64,000 nucleotides of DNA from the IMG/VR virus record IMGVR_UViG_2920580016_000001, positions 1,614-65,613 of that record; one strand, 5' to 3'. The position numbers and the translations under genes are program-made. The first letter of the stretch is position 1. The number at the start of each line of letters is the position of its first letter. Positions 18,175 through 27,900 of this stretch are shown here, in pieces. The notes beneath the pieces were generated by a model. That model saw only the letters and a list, made by a program, of their open reading frames with translations. It did not search any database and was not told the origin of the DNA. The stretch is from a virus.

Positions 18175-20057
18175 CGCCGCTGCTCCCTCGCTCTCTGGGC
18201 GGCTTTCAGGTCGGAGGCGCGGCCGAGCATCTGCGCCCGGAACTCTACGAGCGTCATGCGCGGGTGCTTCTCCCACCACGCGCGCCGCTCGTCGGAGGCG
18301 TACTTGTCGGCTCGCGCTTGCGGCCCGGACAGCAGAGTCCGGCCGTCGATCCCCGCCGCACGGCCCGCGGCGTTGGTGAGGATGCCGCGCGTGTACCGCT
18401 CGGCGGCGAGGAACTGGAGCTCCAGCCACTCGTCGTACAGGCGGCGCACCACCTGGTCCAGGGCCTCCCCCGGCCGCCGCATCTGCTCGGCGACCTGCCG
18501 GGACTCCTCCCGCCGCATCACCTCCGGGTCGAGGCCGTACACGAGCGCGTACGCCTCCAGCGGGTCCGTGCCGTCGTCGATGAGGTCGGTGACGGCGCGG
18601 TCCTCGGCGGTGTCGTCGGCCTCCCACGACCACGTCGGGTTCTGCTCGCGGGAGTCGAGCTCGGCGAGCAGCCGTTCGAGCGCGACGTTGTCACCCGCTT
18701 CGCTGAACCGCCGCACCAACTCCATGACCTGGTCGTCGGAGGCGTTGGCGAACTCGGGCGGCAGCTCGGCAACCGCTTCCCGGACCCGCTGCTCGCGCTC
18801 ACGTTCCCGGTCGTTGTCCCGCCGCTCCAGCTCCTGGGTGATGCGCTTGACGGCGGCCCCGTCGTTCGCCCACCGCCCCAGCAGCGCGGCCAGCTCGTCG
18901 TCGGTGCGCTTTTCGAGGTCGCGCGGGATGGTGTCCTGGCGTTGCCGGTCGGTGCGGGCGGGGATGCCGGACTGCTTGGCGTGGTCGCGGATCTGCTTGG
19001 TGAGCCGGTCCGCCCGCGCGGCAGCTTTGCGCCGCTGCTCCGGTTCGAGCGCGACGGCGGCCTGCCGTTTCGCCGACCGGAGTTCGGATTCGAGGCGGCG
19101 CATCTTCTGCGACGCCTTGTAGCCGTCCGGCCCGGCGGGATGCTTGGCCGGCCGCGGCGGGCGGGTCGCGCCCGGCAGGTAGGCGCCGAGCGTGTGACCG
19201 CAGCCCGGATGCAGGAGCCCGGCGGCGCGGGCCTGCGTCACGGTGCCTTCGACGAGGACGTTCACCATGTCGTCGGAGACGGCGGACTCTTCTTGCCGCC
19301 ACCCGATCGGCCCCTCCTGTGAAAGGATCTTGCCTTCCCAGCGGGCGCACCGCTCGCATGTGAACGGCAGGCGGGACACGATGACAAGGTCGATCCCGTT
19401 CTCGGCGAGGGTGGCCAGGTGGCCGTCCGTCGCGGCCTGCGCCATCGCCGTACGCGTCGCCATCTCCGCGTATGCGGTCACCGACCACACCCGGCCGGAG
19501 GAGTCCGTGAAACCGGTGATGCCACGCCGGGCCACCTGGTCCAAGAGCCGGGCCTGCGCCTGACGGCGAGAGATCGCCCCCGTCAACGCCTGCGCGGACA
19601 CCTGGTTGACGATCTGCTGGAAGATGAACTCCGGCGCCGACCGCATACCGGGCTGGGTGGAGGCGACCAGCCGGACAGCGCGGCGAGCGATCTCGATGAC
19701 GCCCTGCCCCTGCGTGATCCCCTTGTGGGAGCCGAGGTGTTCCAGGTCGGCGGTCGCCCGCTGGACGCCGCGCCGCCACGCGCTGTTGACGCCCGTCGTC
19801 ACCAGCCGTTCGGACAGGCGCTCCAGGCGGGCCACGACCCGGTCCGCTTCCTTGCGGAGCTGGCGGAGCTCGGCGAAGCGCGGCCCCGCATACTCCGGCT
19901 CCCCCTCCCGCTTCACCAGAGCCTCGGATACGACCTTGAGGAGTTCGCGTTCGGCGTCCCAGTAGATCGCGGCCACGGCGCGGGCGTGGTCGAGCGCGGC
20001 CTCGATCTGCACGGCCTCCTGCGGCGCGGCCGGGAGCGCCAGCGTCGGCACACTCAT
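18171..20057 (-). CDS. MuF-like / phage minor capsid protein 2 with a long C-terminal extension
   Basis: Follows the portal; GITGFTDSSGR.W, YAEMATRT, C.RWEGKI and GLLHPGCGH motifs, then roughly 250 additional residues. Confidence 0.85.
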   Translation of the reverse strand: MSVPTLALPAAPQEAVQIEAALDHARAVAAIYWDAERELLKVVSEALVKREGEPEYAGPRFAELRQLRKEADRVVARLERLSERLVTTGVNSAWRRGVQRATADLEHLGSHKGITQGQGVIEIARRAVRLVASTQPGMRSAPEFIFQQIVNQVSAQALTGAISRRQAQARLLDQVARRGITGFTDSSGRVWSVTAYAEMATRTAMAQAATDGHLATLAENGIDLVIVSRLPFTCERCARWEGKILSQEGPIGWRQEESAVSDDMVNVLVEGTVTQARAAGLLHPGCGHTLGAYLPGATRPPRPAKHPAGPDGYKASQKMRRLESELRSAKRQAAVALEPEQRRKAAARADRLTKQIRDHAKQSGIPARTDRQRQDTIPRDLEKRTDDELAALLGRWANDGAAVKRITQELERRDNDREREREQRVREAVAELPPEFANASDDQVMELVRRFSEAGDNVALERLLAELDSREQNPTWSWEADDTAEDRAVTDLIDDGTDPLEAYALVYGLDPEVMRREESRQVAEQMRRPGEALDQVVRRLYDEWLELQFLAAERYTRGILTNAAGRAAGIDGRTLLSGPQARADKYASDERRAWWEKHPRMTLVEFRAQMLGRASDLKAAQRAREQRR

Positions 20058-20066
20058 GCCCGGTGG

Positions 20067-21641
20067 CTATTCGTCGTCGCCGGTGCCGGGCACGAGCACC
20101 TGGCCCAGCGTGTCGGGGTCCGGGACGTTGAGGCCGAGTTCATCGCGCAGACGGTTCTTCTCCTCGGTCACCTGGTGGTCGTCCCACTCCGGATGCACCA
20201 TGCGGATCTTGGTCTCCAGGGAGACGGCCATCGCCCGGTTCAACAGCTCGACGGTCCGGCCCAGCGCTTCAGGATCGGGTTGCACGCCGTCCGGCCAGTG
20301 CACCTCCCCCTTCTCCGCGCTGACCTTCTTGCCGAAGATGGCGTGGTCGAGCGATAGCAGCACGTCCGGCGCCCACTGCAACGTGGGGTTCCAGTAGCCG
20401 GTCTTCCGGCCGCGCGAGGAGAACGACTTCTTCTCGCGTGAGTGGACCTCGGTCGCGGTGACGGCCTGCCCGGACCCGTCCACCTCACCGAAAGACTGGG
20501 CGCTGTAGCCCGCCCCGCGAAGGATCTGAGCGACGAACGCCTTCCCGGCGTCCACGTGCTCCTTCACCCGGATGGCGAACTGCATGACCGTCAACATCGA
20601 GTTGGCGGCCGACCCAGGCGCCGGCAACATGCCGAGCCCCGAGTAGATCTCCCGGTCCGGGTCCCAGCTCGCGCCTTGGCCGCGGCCGAGGTTGTCGAGG
20701 AAGATGTCGGGCGCGATGACGCGGCCCTTGCCGATCCGGATGTCGCGCATCAGGCTGGTCCACACCTCATCCAGGGCGTCCATCAGGTGCTCGACGCCCT
20801 GGTAGTCCGAGCGGCCCAGTGAAGTGCCCCTGATCAGCCGGTGCGGTCGCATGTTCGGGATGTAGGAGACGAGCAAGCCGCGCGGGTACCGCGAGTCGAA
20901 CCCGCCGTCCTCGTCCACCTGCGAGGCGTAGATCTCCGTCTCCGGGTGGTCCTCCAGCGGCACCTGCTTGCCGAGCCGATCCTGCGTGCCGAGGAACAGC
21001 CCGTGGTAGACGCGGCCTTTCTCGTGCCGCTCCAGGTGCCGCCACACCTGCCGGGACCTGTCGTCCTCCGCCAGCACCCGCCAGAACGTCACCGCGGCGA
21101 GCTTGCCGTACCGGAACTCCGGCACCGCCGCGTCCGGCGGCAGCACCGACATGACCGGGTGGTCGTACATCTCCGTATCCCAGCCCGCGCGCAGGTATGC
21201 CCCGCCGTACGCGGAGCCGATCTCGGCAGCCTCCAGCAGCGCCCCGTAGATCCCGGCCTCGTGCATGATCTTGTCAAGGCGCTTCTGCGACGTCTTGCCC
21301 GGCACGCGCAGCGTCGGAGGCTCCGAAAACAGAAGATCAGCGGACGTGGCGGCGATGTCTCCGGCGATCGGGATGTGCAACTTGGTGGACCGCACCTGCC
21401 CGAGCGGGACCGGCGTGCCCCAGAACCATCGGGCGGCCCGCTGAATCCAGCCGGAGAATCCCTTGCTCGGCCGGTCCCAGCCCTTCGGGTCCAGGCCGAT
21501 GGCGTGCACCTGGCCGGAGCCGTACACCTGCGCGAGCTGGTCAGGGTCGCCCGCGTACCAGGCTCCCCACTCCTCATACAGCCGCATCTCGCGCTTCATG
21601 TGCGGCGGCGGCCACTCCTGGTCCCTCTCCGGAAGCGGCAT
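20067..21641 (-). CDS. Portal protein (SPP1 gp6-like)
   Basis: 524 aa; H.PIAGDIA..SADLLF.EPP, GRSDY, TATEV; position after the terminase. Confidence 0.9.
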   Translation of the reverse strand: MPLPERDQEWPPPHMKREMRLYEEWGAWYAGDPDQLAQVYGSGQVHAIGLDPKGWDRPSKGFSGWIQRAARWFWGTPVPLGQVRSTKLHIPIAGDIAATSADLLFSEPPTLRVPGKTSQKRLDKIMHEAGIYGALLEAAEIGSAYGGAYLRAGWDTEMYDHPVMSVLPPDAAVPEFRYGKLAAVTFWRVLAEDDRSRQVWRHLERHEKGRVYHGLFLGTQDRLGKQVPLEDHPETEIYASQVDEDGGFDSRYPRGLLVSYIPNMRPHRLIRGTSLGRSDYQGVEHLMDALDEVWTSLMRDIRIGKGRVIAPDIFLDNLGRGQGASWDPDREIYSGLGMLPAPGSAANSMLTVMQFAIRVKEHVDAGKAFVAQILRGAGYSAQSFGEVDGSGQAVTATEVHSREKKSFSSRGRKTGYWNPTLQWAPDVLLSLDHAIFGKKVSAEKGEVHWPDGVQPDPEALGRTVELLNRAMAVSLETKIRMVHPEWDDHQVTEEKNRLRDELGLNVPDPDTLGQVLVPGTGDDE

Positions 21642-21695
21642 GGTTCAGGCCCTCACTCTGTCTCGAAGGGACGCAAGATGGTCAGGCGGCGCGGG

Positions 21696-21995
21696 TCAGA
21701 TGACGTCGATCAGCCCAGCCGGGAGCACCGGAAGCTGAGGCGGCGCGGTCACACGCACCCACGCCTGATAGGTGCCGTCCGGCTTGGCGACCGTCCCGCC
21801 GGGGCCGAACAGGATGCGCGCGGTCGCGCCCCGCGCGCCGGCCGGCCCCGGCGCCCACTCGGCCGCATACCAGTCGGCCTCGACCGGCTCGACACCGGGC
21901 GCGGTGAACGCCACCTCGACGGTTTCTGTCCCGGCCGCGCCGCGCACGAAGAACGGCAGGAACTCGCACGACAACGACGAGATCGTCTCCACCAT
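21696..21995 (-). CDS. Small beta-sandwich virion protein (fibre adaptor-like)
   Basis: AAGGAG RBS; W..AEW...G.Y..WVRVT..P..PV pattern. Confidence 0.6.
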   Translation of the reverse strand: MVETISSLSCEFLPFFVRGAAGTETVEVAFTAPGVEPVEADWYAAEWAPGPAGARGATARILFGPGGTVAKPDGTYQAWVRVTAPPQLPVLPAGLIDVI

Positions 21996-22002
21996 GGGCT
22001 CC

Positions 22003-23286
22003 TTACGTGCGCGATGCGGACCAGGTACGGCGAGGCGGCTCGGCGCCCCACCGGCGGGCCAGGGTGGCGCTCCACGTCCGGCGTGGCCCGTCCACGCCCG
22101 TGACGTCGCGGCCGAGCAGCCTGAGCGGCCGGGCCTGGTCACCTTCGGTGGCCAGGGCGACGACGCGGATCTTGCGGCGGCCGACCGCCGCAACCGCGTC
22201 GGTCTCGGTGGCCGCGCCGATCGTGCGGGCGCGGCCCGGCCGGACCGCAGCGGCCATGCTCGCGTCGAGCGCCGGCCCGAGGAGCCGTACCTTGACCGGG
22301 GTGACCGGCAGCGCCTGGTCCGTCTCGGCGGCGGTGCCGACGAACGTGCCGTTGGAGATGACGAACGCCTGGTCCGTCTCACCCGCCTGCCCGACGACGA
22401 TGCGGTGCGCGGGCCTCACCGGGGCGGCGCTGCCGCTCTCGTGCGCGGCCCCGATCGTGCGGACCTTCCGCGCCAGCATCGGCAGCACGGTATCGGCCTC
22501 GACCGCCTGGCCGAGCACGCGCCGCTTCACCGGCCGGATCGGCGCCGTGGTCTCCAGCGACGCGGGCTGGCCGAGCGTGCGCCGCTTCCGCCGCGTGATC
22601 GGCTGTGCCTGCTCGGCGGTGCTCGCGGGCTGCACGATGACGGCCGGGTAGGCGGGGCCGAGCTTGCCCTGGTCGGTGGCGGCGACGTCATCCATCAGGA
22701 TCACGACGCCGGGCATGTAGACGAACCCGGCCTCGTTCGGCAGCGTGGTGTTGGCGTTGACGCCGGTGACGCTGGCTTGCAGGGGTGTTGTGGAGGCTTC
22801 CACGGACTGGTACACCCACAGATCGGCGGCACCGTTGGAGGTGGTGGTGCCGATCAGGACCCGCAGTTCGATCCGCACCCATTGCCCGGCTGTGACGGCC
22901 GAGGGGATGGAGCACAGGACGGCGCTCGTGGTCCTCCGGTAGGAGATCGTCCCGGTCGGGCCCACCATCAACCGGCCCACGGCGGTAGGTGAACCGCTGG
23001 TGGGCTGGAAGTTCAGCTCGAAGAACCAGTCGTCGGCGGACGGCAGCGACCCGAACTGGACGTAGAGGCGGACCCAGATTTCGCGTCCGGCCAGGGTGAT
23101 GTTCCGCCACGCGAGCGAATCGTTCGAGCCGATCTCCGCAGCGAGCGGCGCCCGTGTACCGGCCGCCGCCACGTAGGTGGGCGTGCCGGTGATGTTGGTG
23201 AACGCGTCACCTGAGCTGCCTCCGGAGTTCCCGGTGGTGATCGCGGTCCCGTCCGTGCCTCCGTTGAAGGAGTTCCGCAGCAGCAT
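22003..23286 (-). CDS. Fibre-like protein: lectin/LamG-like N-terminal domain plus about nine 20-aa repeats
   Basis: GQWVRIE and DDVA beta-jellyroll motifs; repeats of the form (L/I)G.A.E.D.A..V...K.R. Confidence 0.65.
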   Translation of the reverse strand: MLLRNSFNGGTDGTAITTGNSGGSSGDAFTNITGTPTYVAAAGTRAPLAAEIGSNDSLAWRNITLAGREIWVRLYVQFGSLPSADDWFFELNFQPTSGSPTAVGRLMVGPTGTISYRRTTSAVLCSIPSAVTAGQWVRIELRVLIGTTTSNGAADLWVYQSVEASTTPLQASVTGVNANTTLPNEAGFVYMPGVVILMDDVAATDQGKLGPAYPAVIVQPASTAEQAQPITRRKRRTLGQPASLETTAPIRPVKRRVLGQAVEADTVLPMLARKVRTIGAAHESGSAAPVRPAHRIVVGQAGETDQAFVISNGTFVGTAAETDQALPVTPVKVRLLGPALDASMAAAVRPGRARTIGAATETDAVAAVGRRKIRVVALATEGDQARPLRLLGRDVTGVDGPRRTWSATLARRWGAEPPRRTWSASRT

Positions 23287-23293
23287 GGCTGGC

Positions 23294-23776
23294 TTAGACC
23301 GGGGTGGCGCGGAAGAACCCGGCGGCGGAGATCTGCGCGACGATGTCGGTCCCGTCCGGCACGATCACGAAATCGTGCGCGGTCATGGGCACGATCTGGG
23401 CGTCGGTGGAGGACCCGGCGGGCTTGTAGCAGATGACGAGCTTGGACCAGCCACCCGAGGCGGGGAGCACGCTCGTCCAGGTCTGGTCGGGGATGTCGAG
23501 GTCGGTCCGGTCGTTGGCGTCGTCCGGGACCACCGGGTTCAGGTCGGCCGCGACGATGCTCTTGCGGGCGTAGCCGTTGCCGACCGGCACCTCGTTCGTG
23601 GTCCCGGACACGAGGTCGGCCAGAGTGTCCTTGTCGCGCAGCACCGCGTCGGACTCCAGCCCCGACGTGGCCAGCGCGACGACGACCAAACTGCAGCCGG
23701 CCGGGTCGCCGGTCTTCACCCGGTTGACGAGCTCGACGCTCCTGCCGAGCGCGATGTTGAACGTGAAGTCGGCCAC
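23294..23776 (-). CDS. Virion structural protein (fibre-associated)
   Basis: GYARK...DDAND..DLD..DQTW and DF...PDG.DI pattern; first gene of the insert between TerL and portal. Confidence 0.6.
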   Translation of the reverse strand: MADFTFNIALGRSVELVNRVKTGDPAGCSLVVVALATSGLESDAVLRDKDTLADLVSGTTNEVPVGNGYARKSIVAADLNPVVPDDANDRTDLDIPDQTWTSVLPASGGWSKLVICYKPAGSSTDAQIVPMTAHDFVIVPDGTDIVAQISAAGFFRATPV

Positions 23777-23959
23777 GATCGTTCTCCCTCAAGGTCAGGG
23801 GCTGGGGTCCAGCGGCGCGGGCCGGCCTTCGTGCTGCCCCTCAACAGCGGAAGGTCCGGGCCCGCGCCGCGTGCTCGACGCGCGTACGGGGAAGCCGCGC
23901 GGAGCAGACGCGCCCCCGGAGGTGCCGACCGCCACAACCGGGCTCCGGGGACGCGCGTT

Positions 23960-25255
23960 CTAGTAGGCGGGGACGGGTTCGAGCAACCGCATCCACACCG
24001 CCTGCGTGGTGTGCAGGCCGTAGCGGAGGGCGTCCACGCTGTGGTCATGCTCCTTGACCGGCGCGTCCTCGCCTCGCTCCGCCTTCTTCTCGTCCCAGGC
24101 GTAGCCGACAATCTCGTCCAGCAGGGCGCGGCAGGAGGCATGCACGCGCAGATGGTCGGCGGCGATCAGGTTGGAGACGGTGCGGATACCGTCGAGCACC
24201 GAGTTGTCTCCCTGCTGGGGCCGGAACCCGTCGTGGTGCAGCTGCATGATGAACGAGGCGGCGGACGGGTCAACGATCAGCCAGTCCGGCCGCACGCCGT
24301 GCGTCCCCGGCCCGTACGTGTCGGGGATGTCGTCCAGCCACTCGGCCAGCCGCATCGAGTATTCGGCGTCGGTGAGCTGGCGGCGCTGGACGCGGGAGTC
24401 CCACCGCCATTCGTTGGCGACGTAGATGCGACGCTGCCCCTCCAGGTCGGGAACCGACACGCCGATGAGGACGGCGTCGAAAGGGTTCGCCGTGCCATAG
24501 TCCACGCCCACGGCGAGCCACTTCTCCATCAGCGGCAACTCGTCCACGACGTGGCGGTCTTCGTCGAACATGTCGAAGATGGCGCCCTCGGCCATCACCC
24601 ACTGGCCCAGGACGAACCGTTTGTACCAGAGGCCGGTGTACTCCTTCTTCAGCGCGGCCACGTACGCCGGGTCCAGGGCGTGGTTGTCGTCCAGGCGGAA
24701 GTGCCAGCTCCGGAGGTCGAGTTCGCCGGCCCGGTCGAGGAAGTCGCGTTTCAGCCAATGGGAGGGGCTGTCGGGGTTGGTGGAGCCGAACAGCTTTGCC
24801 CCCGGCACGCTCAACCGGCTGAGCAGCATGTCCCAGAACGGCCGCTCCAGCAGCGTGATCTCGTCCACGTACACGCCTGCGCACGTCATGCCGCGCAGCC
24901 GGGTTTCGGCACGGGCATCAGCGCACGAGATGATCTCAACCTTGCGGCCCAGGATCGTCGCGGTCGGCGCACCGCGGGTGTAGGAGATGCGTGCGGCCAG
25001 CGGCCCGGTGGTGGCGGGGTCCATCAGCGGATCGAACACATTCCGCGAGATTGTGTCCGCCGTCTTGCCCACGATGACGAGGGAGCCGCCACGGGGCGCG
25101 TTGGCGACGAACGCCAGCCACCTGATCAAGGAGGCGATCGTCTTCCCACTGCGGATGGCCCCCTGCCAGATGTTCAGGCGCGCGCTCGACTCGGCGATCG
25201 AGCGTTCCTGCTTGGGTGACAACCGGACCGCCAGGCCCAGTCCGCCGCCGGTCAT
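23960..25255 (-). CDS. terL: Terminase large subunit (PBSX-type)
   Basis: Walker A GAIRSGKT; Walker B YVDE; STNPD coupling motif; nuclease VDYG, VDPSA, DHSVDALRY. Confidence 0.95.
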   Translation of the reverse strand: MTGGGLGLAVRLSPKQERSIAESSARLNIWQGAIRSGKTIASLIRWLAFVANAPRGGSLVIVGKTADTISRNVFDPLMDPATTGPLAARISYTRGAPTATILGRKVEIISCADARAETRLRGMTCAGVYVDEITLLERPFWDMLLSRLSVPGAKLFGSTNPDSPSHWLKRDFLDRAGELDLRSWHFRLDDNHALDPAYVAALKKEYTGLWYKRFVLGQWVMAEGAIFDMFDEDRHVVDELPLMEKWLAVGVDYGTANPFDAVLIGVSVPDLEGQRRIYVANEWRWDSRVQRRQLTDAEYSMRLAEWLDDIPDTYGPGTHGVRPDWLIVDPSAASFIMQLHHDGFRPQQGDNSVLDGIRTVSNLIAADHLRVHASCRALLDEIVGYAWDEKKAERGEDAPVKEHDHSVDALRYGLHTTQAVWMRLLEPVPAY

Positions 25256-25746
25256 GCTTCGCCTCCGGCGTCGTCGTAGATGACCTCGCCCGTGACGACG
25301 TCGACCTCCGTGATGGCGTCCATGTCGGGGTCCGGCACCTGGTAGCGCTGCTGAAGCTGAGCCAGCATGGTGCCGAGCAGCGACGCCATGTCGTGGTCGG
25401 GGTGGCCGTTGCGGTTGATCTGGTCCAGGCCGAGCAGCGACGCCCGCTTGTTGACGATCTTCAAGCAGGTTTCCGCCGCCTGCACCTCACCCTTCAGCAC
25501 CTTCGGCCACAGCGCGGCCATCATCCGGTCCAGGCGGCCGATCTCCAGATGCAGCAGATGCTCGGCCGCCATACCCTCCGCCTTGGCGGCCCGCTTCAAC
25601 GCCGCGGTGATGTCCGCGCTCGCGGCCTGCGGGCTGTTGTAGCCCAGCCGCTCGGCGATCAGCGTCGGGGACACTCCGGCGATCCGCATCTGGAGCGCCT
25701 GAGTGCGCCGCTGGGCAAGCTCCAGCTGCCGCTGCTTGTCGGCCAT
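25252..25746 (-). CDS. Terminase small subunit (HTH)
   Basis: N-terminal HTH (GVSPTLIAERLGY); R..LLGLD; coupled to TerL. Confidence 0.8.
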   Translation of the reverse strand: MADKQRQLELAQRRTQALQMRIAGVSPTLIAERLGYNSPQAASADITAALKRAAKAEGMAAEHLLHLEIGRLDRMMAALWPKVLKGEVQAAETCLKIVNKRASLLGLDQINRNGHPDHDMASLLGTMLAQLQQRYQVPDPDMDAITEVDVVTGEVIYDDAGGEA

Positions 25747-25791
25747 CGCCCCGGACTCATCCCCTCTGCTGTTGTCGGTTCCGCCAACGAG

Positions 25792-26067
25792 CTACAGCGC
25801 GCCTGCCGCCGGGTCGCCGACCGGCACGTGATCCACCACATCCGGCAGTTGCGGCTCCACGATCTCCACCGTGGCCGGGGTCACCCACACGCCGCGGGCG
25901 CCGATCTGCTCGGCGAACACCGCCAGCGACGGCAGCGACCAGCCGCCGTCGTCGCCGTCACCCTCGTCTCCTTCGGGTGGCCCGGCCTGGTCCACGATGA
26001 GCGCGAACGGCTCCTCGCTGATGTCGCCGATCTCGTACAGCGGCAGGCGCAGCACCTGGATCCGCAC
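25792..26067 (-). CDS. Phage hypothetical protein
   Basis: RIQVL.LP...PFALIVDQ; adjacent and co-oriented. Confidence 0.6.
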   Translation of the reverse strand: MRIQVLRLPLYEIGDISEEPFALIVDQAGPPEGDEGDGDDGGWSLPSLAVFAEQIGARGVWVTPATVEIVEPQLPDVVDHVPVGDPAAGAL

Positions 26068-26391
26068 CTACTCCCCCTCGCCGGGCGTCTCGGCCGCGCC
26101 GCCGGCGACGGGCGTGAAGCTGCGGTGGAACACCGTCCGGGAGAGCTTCCAGAACGAGCCCGCGCCGTCGTGCACGATGAAGTCGCCCAGGCCCGCGCGC
26201 ACCATCCCCTCCGGCGTCTGGAGGTCGATGTACTCGGCCGACCGGCCGCGCAGCGCGGGCCGTCCGACGATGCCGCCCAGCTTCGACTGCTCGTTGATCC
26301 AGGCGACGATGTCTTCGAGGTCGAGCCCGTTCACCTCGACCGCCTCGACGACGGTGTCGATGGGCTCGTATTGCCGGATGTCCACGACCAT
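26068..26391 (-). CDS. Phage hypothetical protein (TPEG.V.A..GDFIV...F motif)
   Basis: Common phage small-protein motif; GGAG RBS. Confidence 0.7.
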   Translation of the reverse strand: MVVDIRQYEPIDTVVEAVEVNGLDLEDIVAWINEQSKLGGIVGRPALRGRSAEYIDLQTPEGMVRAGLGDFIVHDGAGSFWKLSRTVFHRSFTPVAGGAAETPGEGE

Positions 26392-26694
26392 GATCTGTTT
26401 CTCCGTTTCTGTCGCCGCCCGGTAGCCGTACCGGCGCGGTCCTGGACGATCTGGTCGGCGATGGCCGCGCACGCGGGGACCATCCCAATCGCCGCTGGTG
26501 ACCGGGTTTGCCCGGCCGGGCCTGGTCGGGATACCGCCGCTGACGGCTGTCCACTCGACCGTCCACGAGTAGCGGGCGCACCGCTCCAGGCGTGGTCACT
26601 CTGCCGCAGAAACCCTTCGTGACCGACTGTCTTGACAGCACGATCCCTTGCCTATCCCTTGCCAAAGATACGCCTGAATGCTTCAGTTGTTTGT

Positions 26695-27591
26695 ATGCCT
26701 GGCCAGTTTCGAGAGTTCACAGTAAGACGTGGTCGAATCCAAGGATTTCGACCCACAGCAGAGCAAATTCAGGACGTCTGGCAGCTCGCCCAAAAGGGGT
26801 TCGACTCAACAGCTACAGACACCAAAATTTCATATGACCCCGGCAACAGTAAAAGTATTGAAGATGACGACCTGGCAAATTTCGTGCGTGAAGTTAAAAA
26901 GGATCGAGATCTTCTAACAAATTTGCATCTCAAATCCAGTCAAGCAAACCCTAGAAGAATTGTAGAGATCTCCATAGGCCCAGATTCATGGACGACTTAC
27001 GAAGTTCAGGCCGAAGACTCGACTTGGGCGTTAGGGCGCTTCGAGGAACTTACGGCCGCACTACTGGAAGCCAGACCTTTTTTGGCGGCCATCCGAGCGA
27101 AGGCACCAGAATGGCAACCCTACTCCTACCTTCAACAAGAAAAAAATAGGCCAAGAACGGGAAAACGGCTCTCCGTTCGCTGGAGAGAGGGGCCAAGTTG
27201 GCAACCGCGGACTTGGCTACCATTTCAATCAGCCGCCAAACATCGTCTTGAATTCACACTAACGCTCCTCATCACGTATGCGCGGATGGTGCTATTCGCC
27301 CTTCCTCTGGTATTGGCCATCCTGGGCTCCGAAATACTCATTTTCAATATTTGGGGCATAGCCTATCTGACCGAGAGGAAGCAGCCCATCTGGAATCCTG
27401 AAACCCTTGCAAGGTACGCGTGGCTTGGTGTCGCCTGTGGCATCCTCAATTGGGCGATAGGACGCTGGCTCCACCTCCAACTCCAAGCGAGGGTGTTTCT
27501 AACAAAGAGAAAAATTGAAGTTAATCTGCCCTTGATTGTTGGTATTATATCGGCAATTGCCGCCATTGTGCAAATCTTTGTGTCATTATAA
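26695..27591 (+). CDS. Low-GC membrane protein (moron, C-terminal TMs)
   Basis: Much lower GC than the flanks; antisense to the phage core; TTGACA at 26632. Confidence 0.75.
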   Translation: MPGQFREFTVRRGRIQGFRPTAEQIQDVWQLAQKGFDSTATDTKISYDPGNSKSIEDDDLANFVREVKKDRDLLTNLHLKSSQANPRRIVEISIGPDSWTTYEVQAEDSTWALGRFEELTAALLEARPFLAAIRAKAPEWQPYSYLQQEKNRPRTGKRLSVRWREGPSWQPRTWLPFQSAAKHRLEFTLTLLITYARMVLFALPLVLAILGSEILIFNIWGIAYLTERKQPIWNPETLARYAWLGVACGILNWAIGRWLHLQLQARVFLTKRKIEVNLPLIVGIISAIAAIVQIFVSL

Positions 27592-27900
27592 CGTGCAGCC
27601 TCAATGCAATGCGGGCATGTTGCCGATCCCATTAATCTCGACGTGCCCACTTCCAGCACCGTCACTCGGTAAGGATTGGTCCTCGGAGGACACGTGTCTC
27701 CTCGTGGGCAGGCGTCCCGGGTCCTCAAACTGGAGGGGCGGCACGCGATATCACCCTGTATACCCTCCGTGTGCGTGACTCACGATGTACCCGAGTTGGT
27801 CTCGATTCGCACTACGGACACCTCGGAGGGCACGATCGAGGTCGCTGGGCTGGTGCGCGGCGCGCTACACGGCGAGATCCCAGACCCGTTCGGCGTGCGC

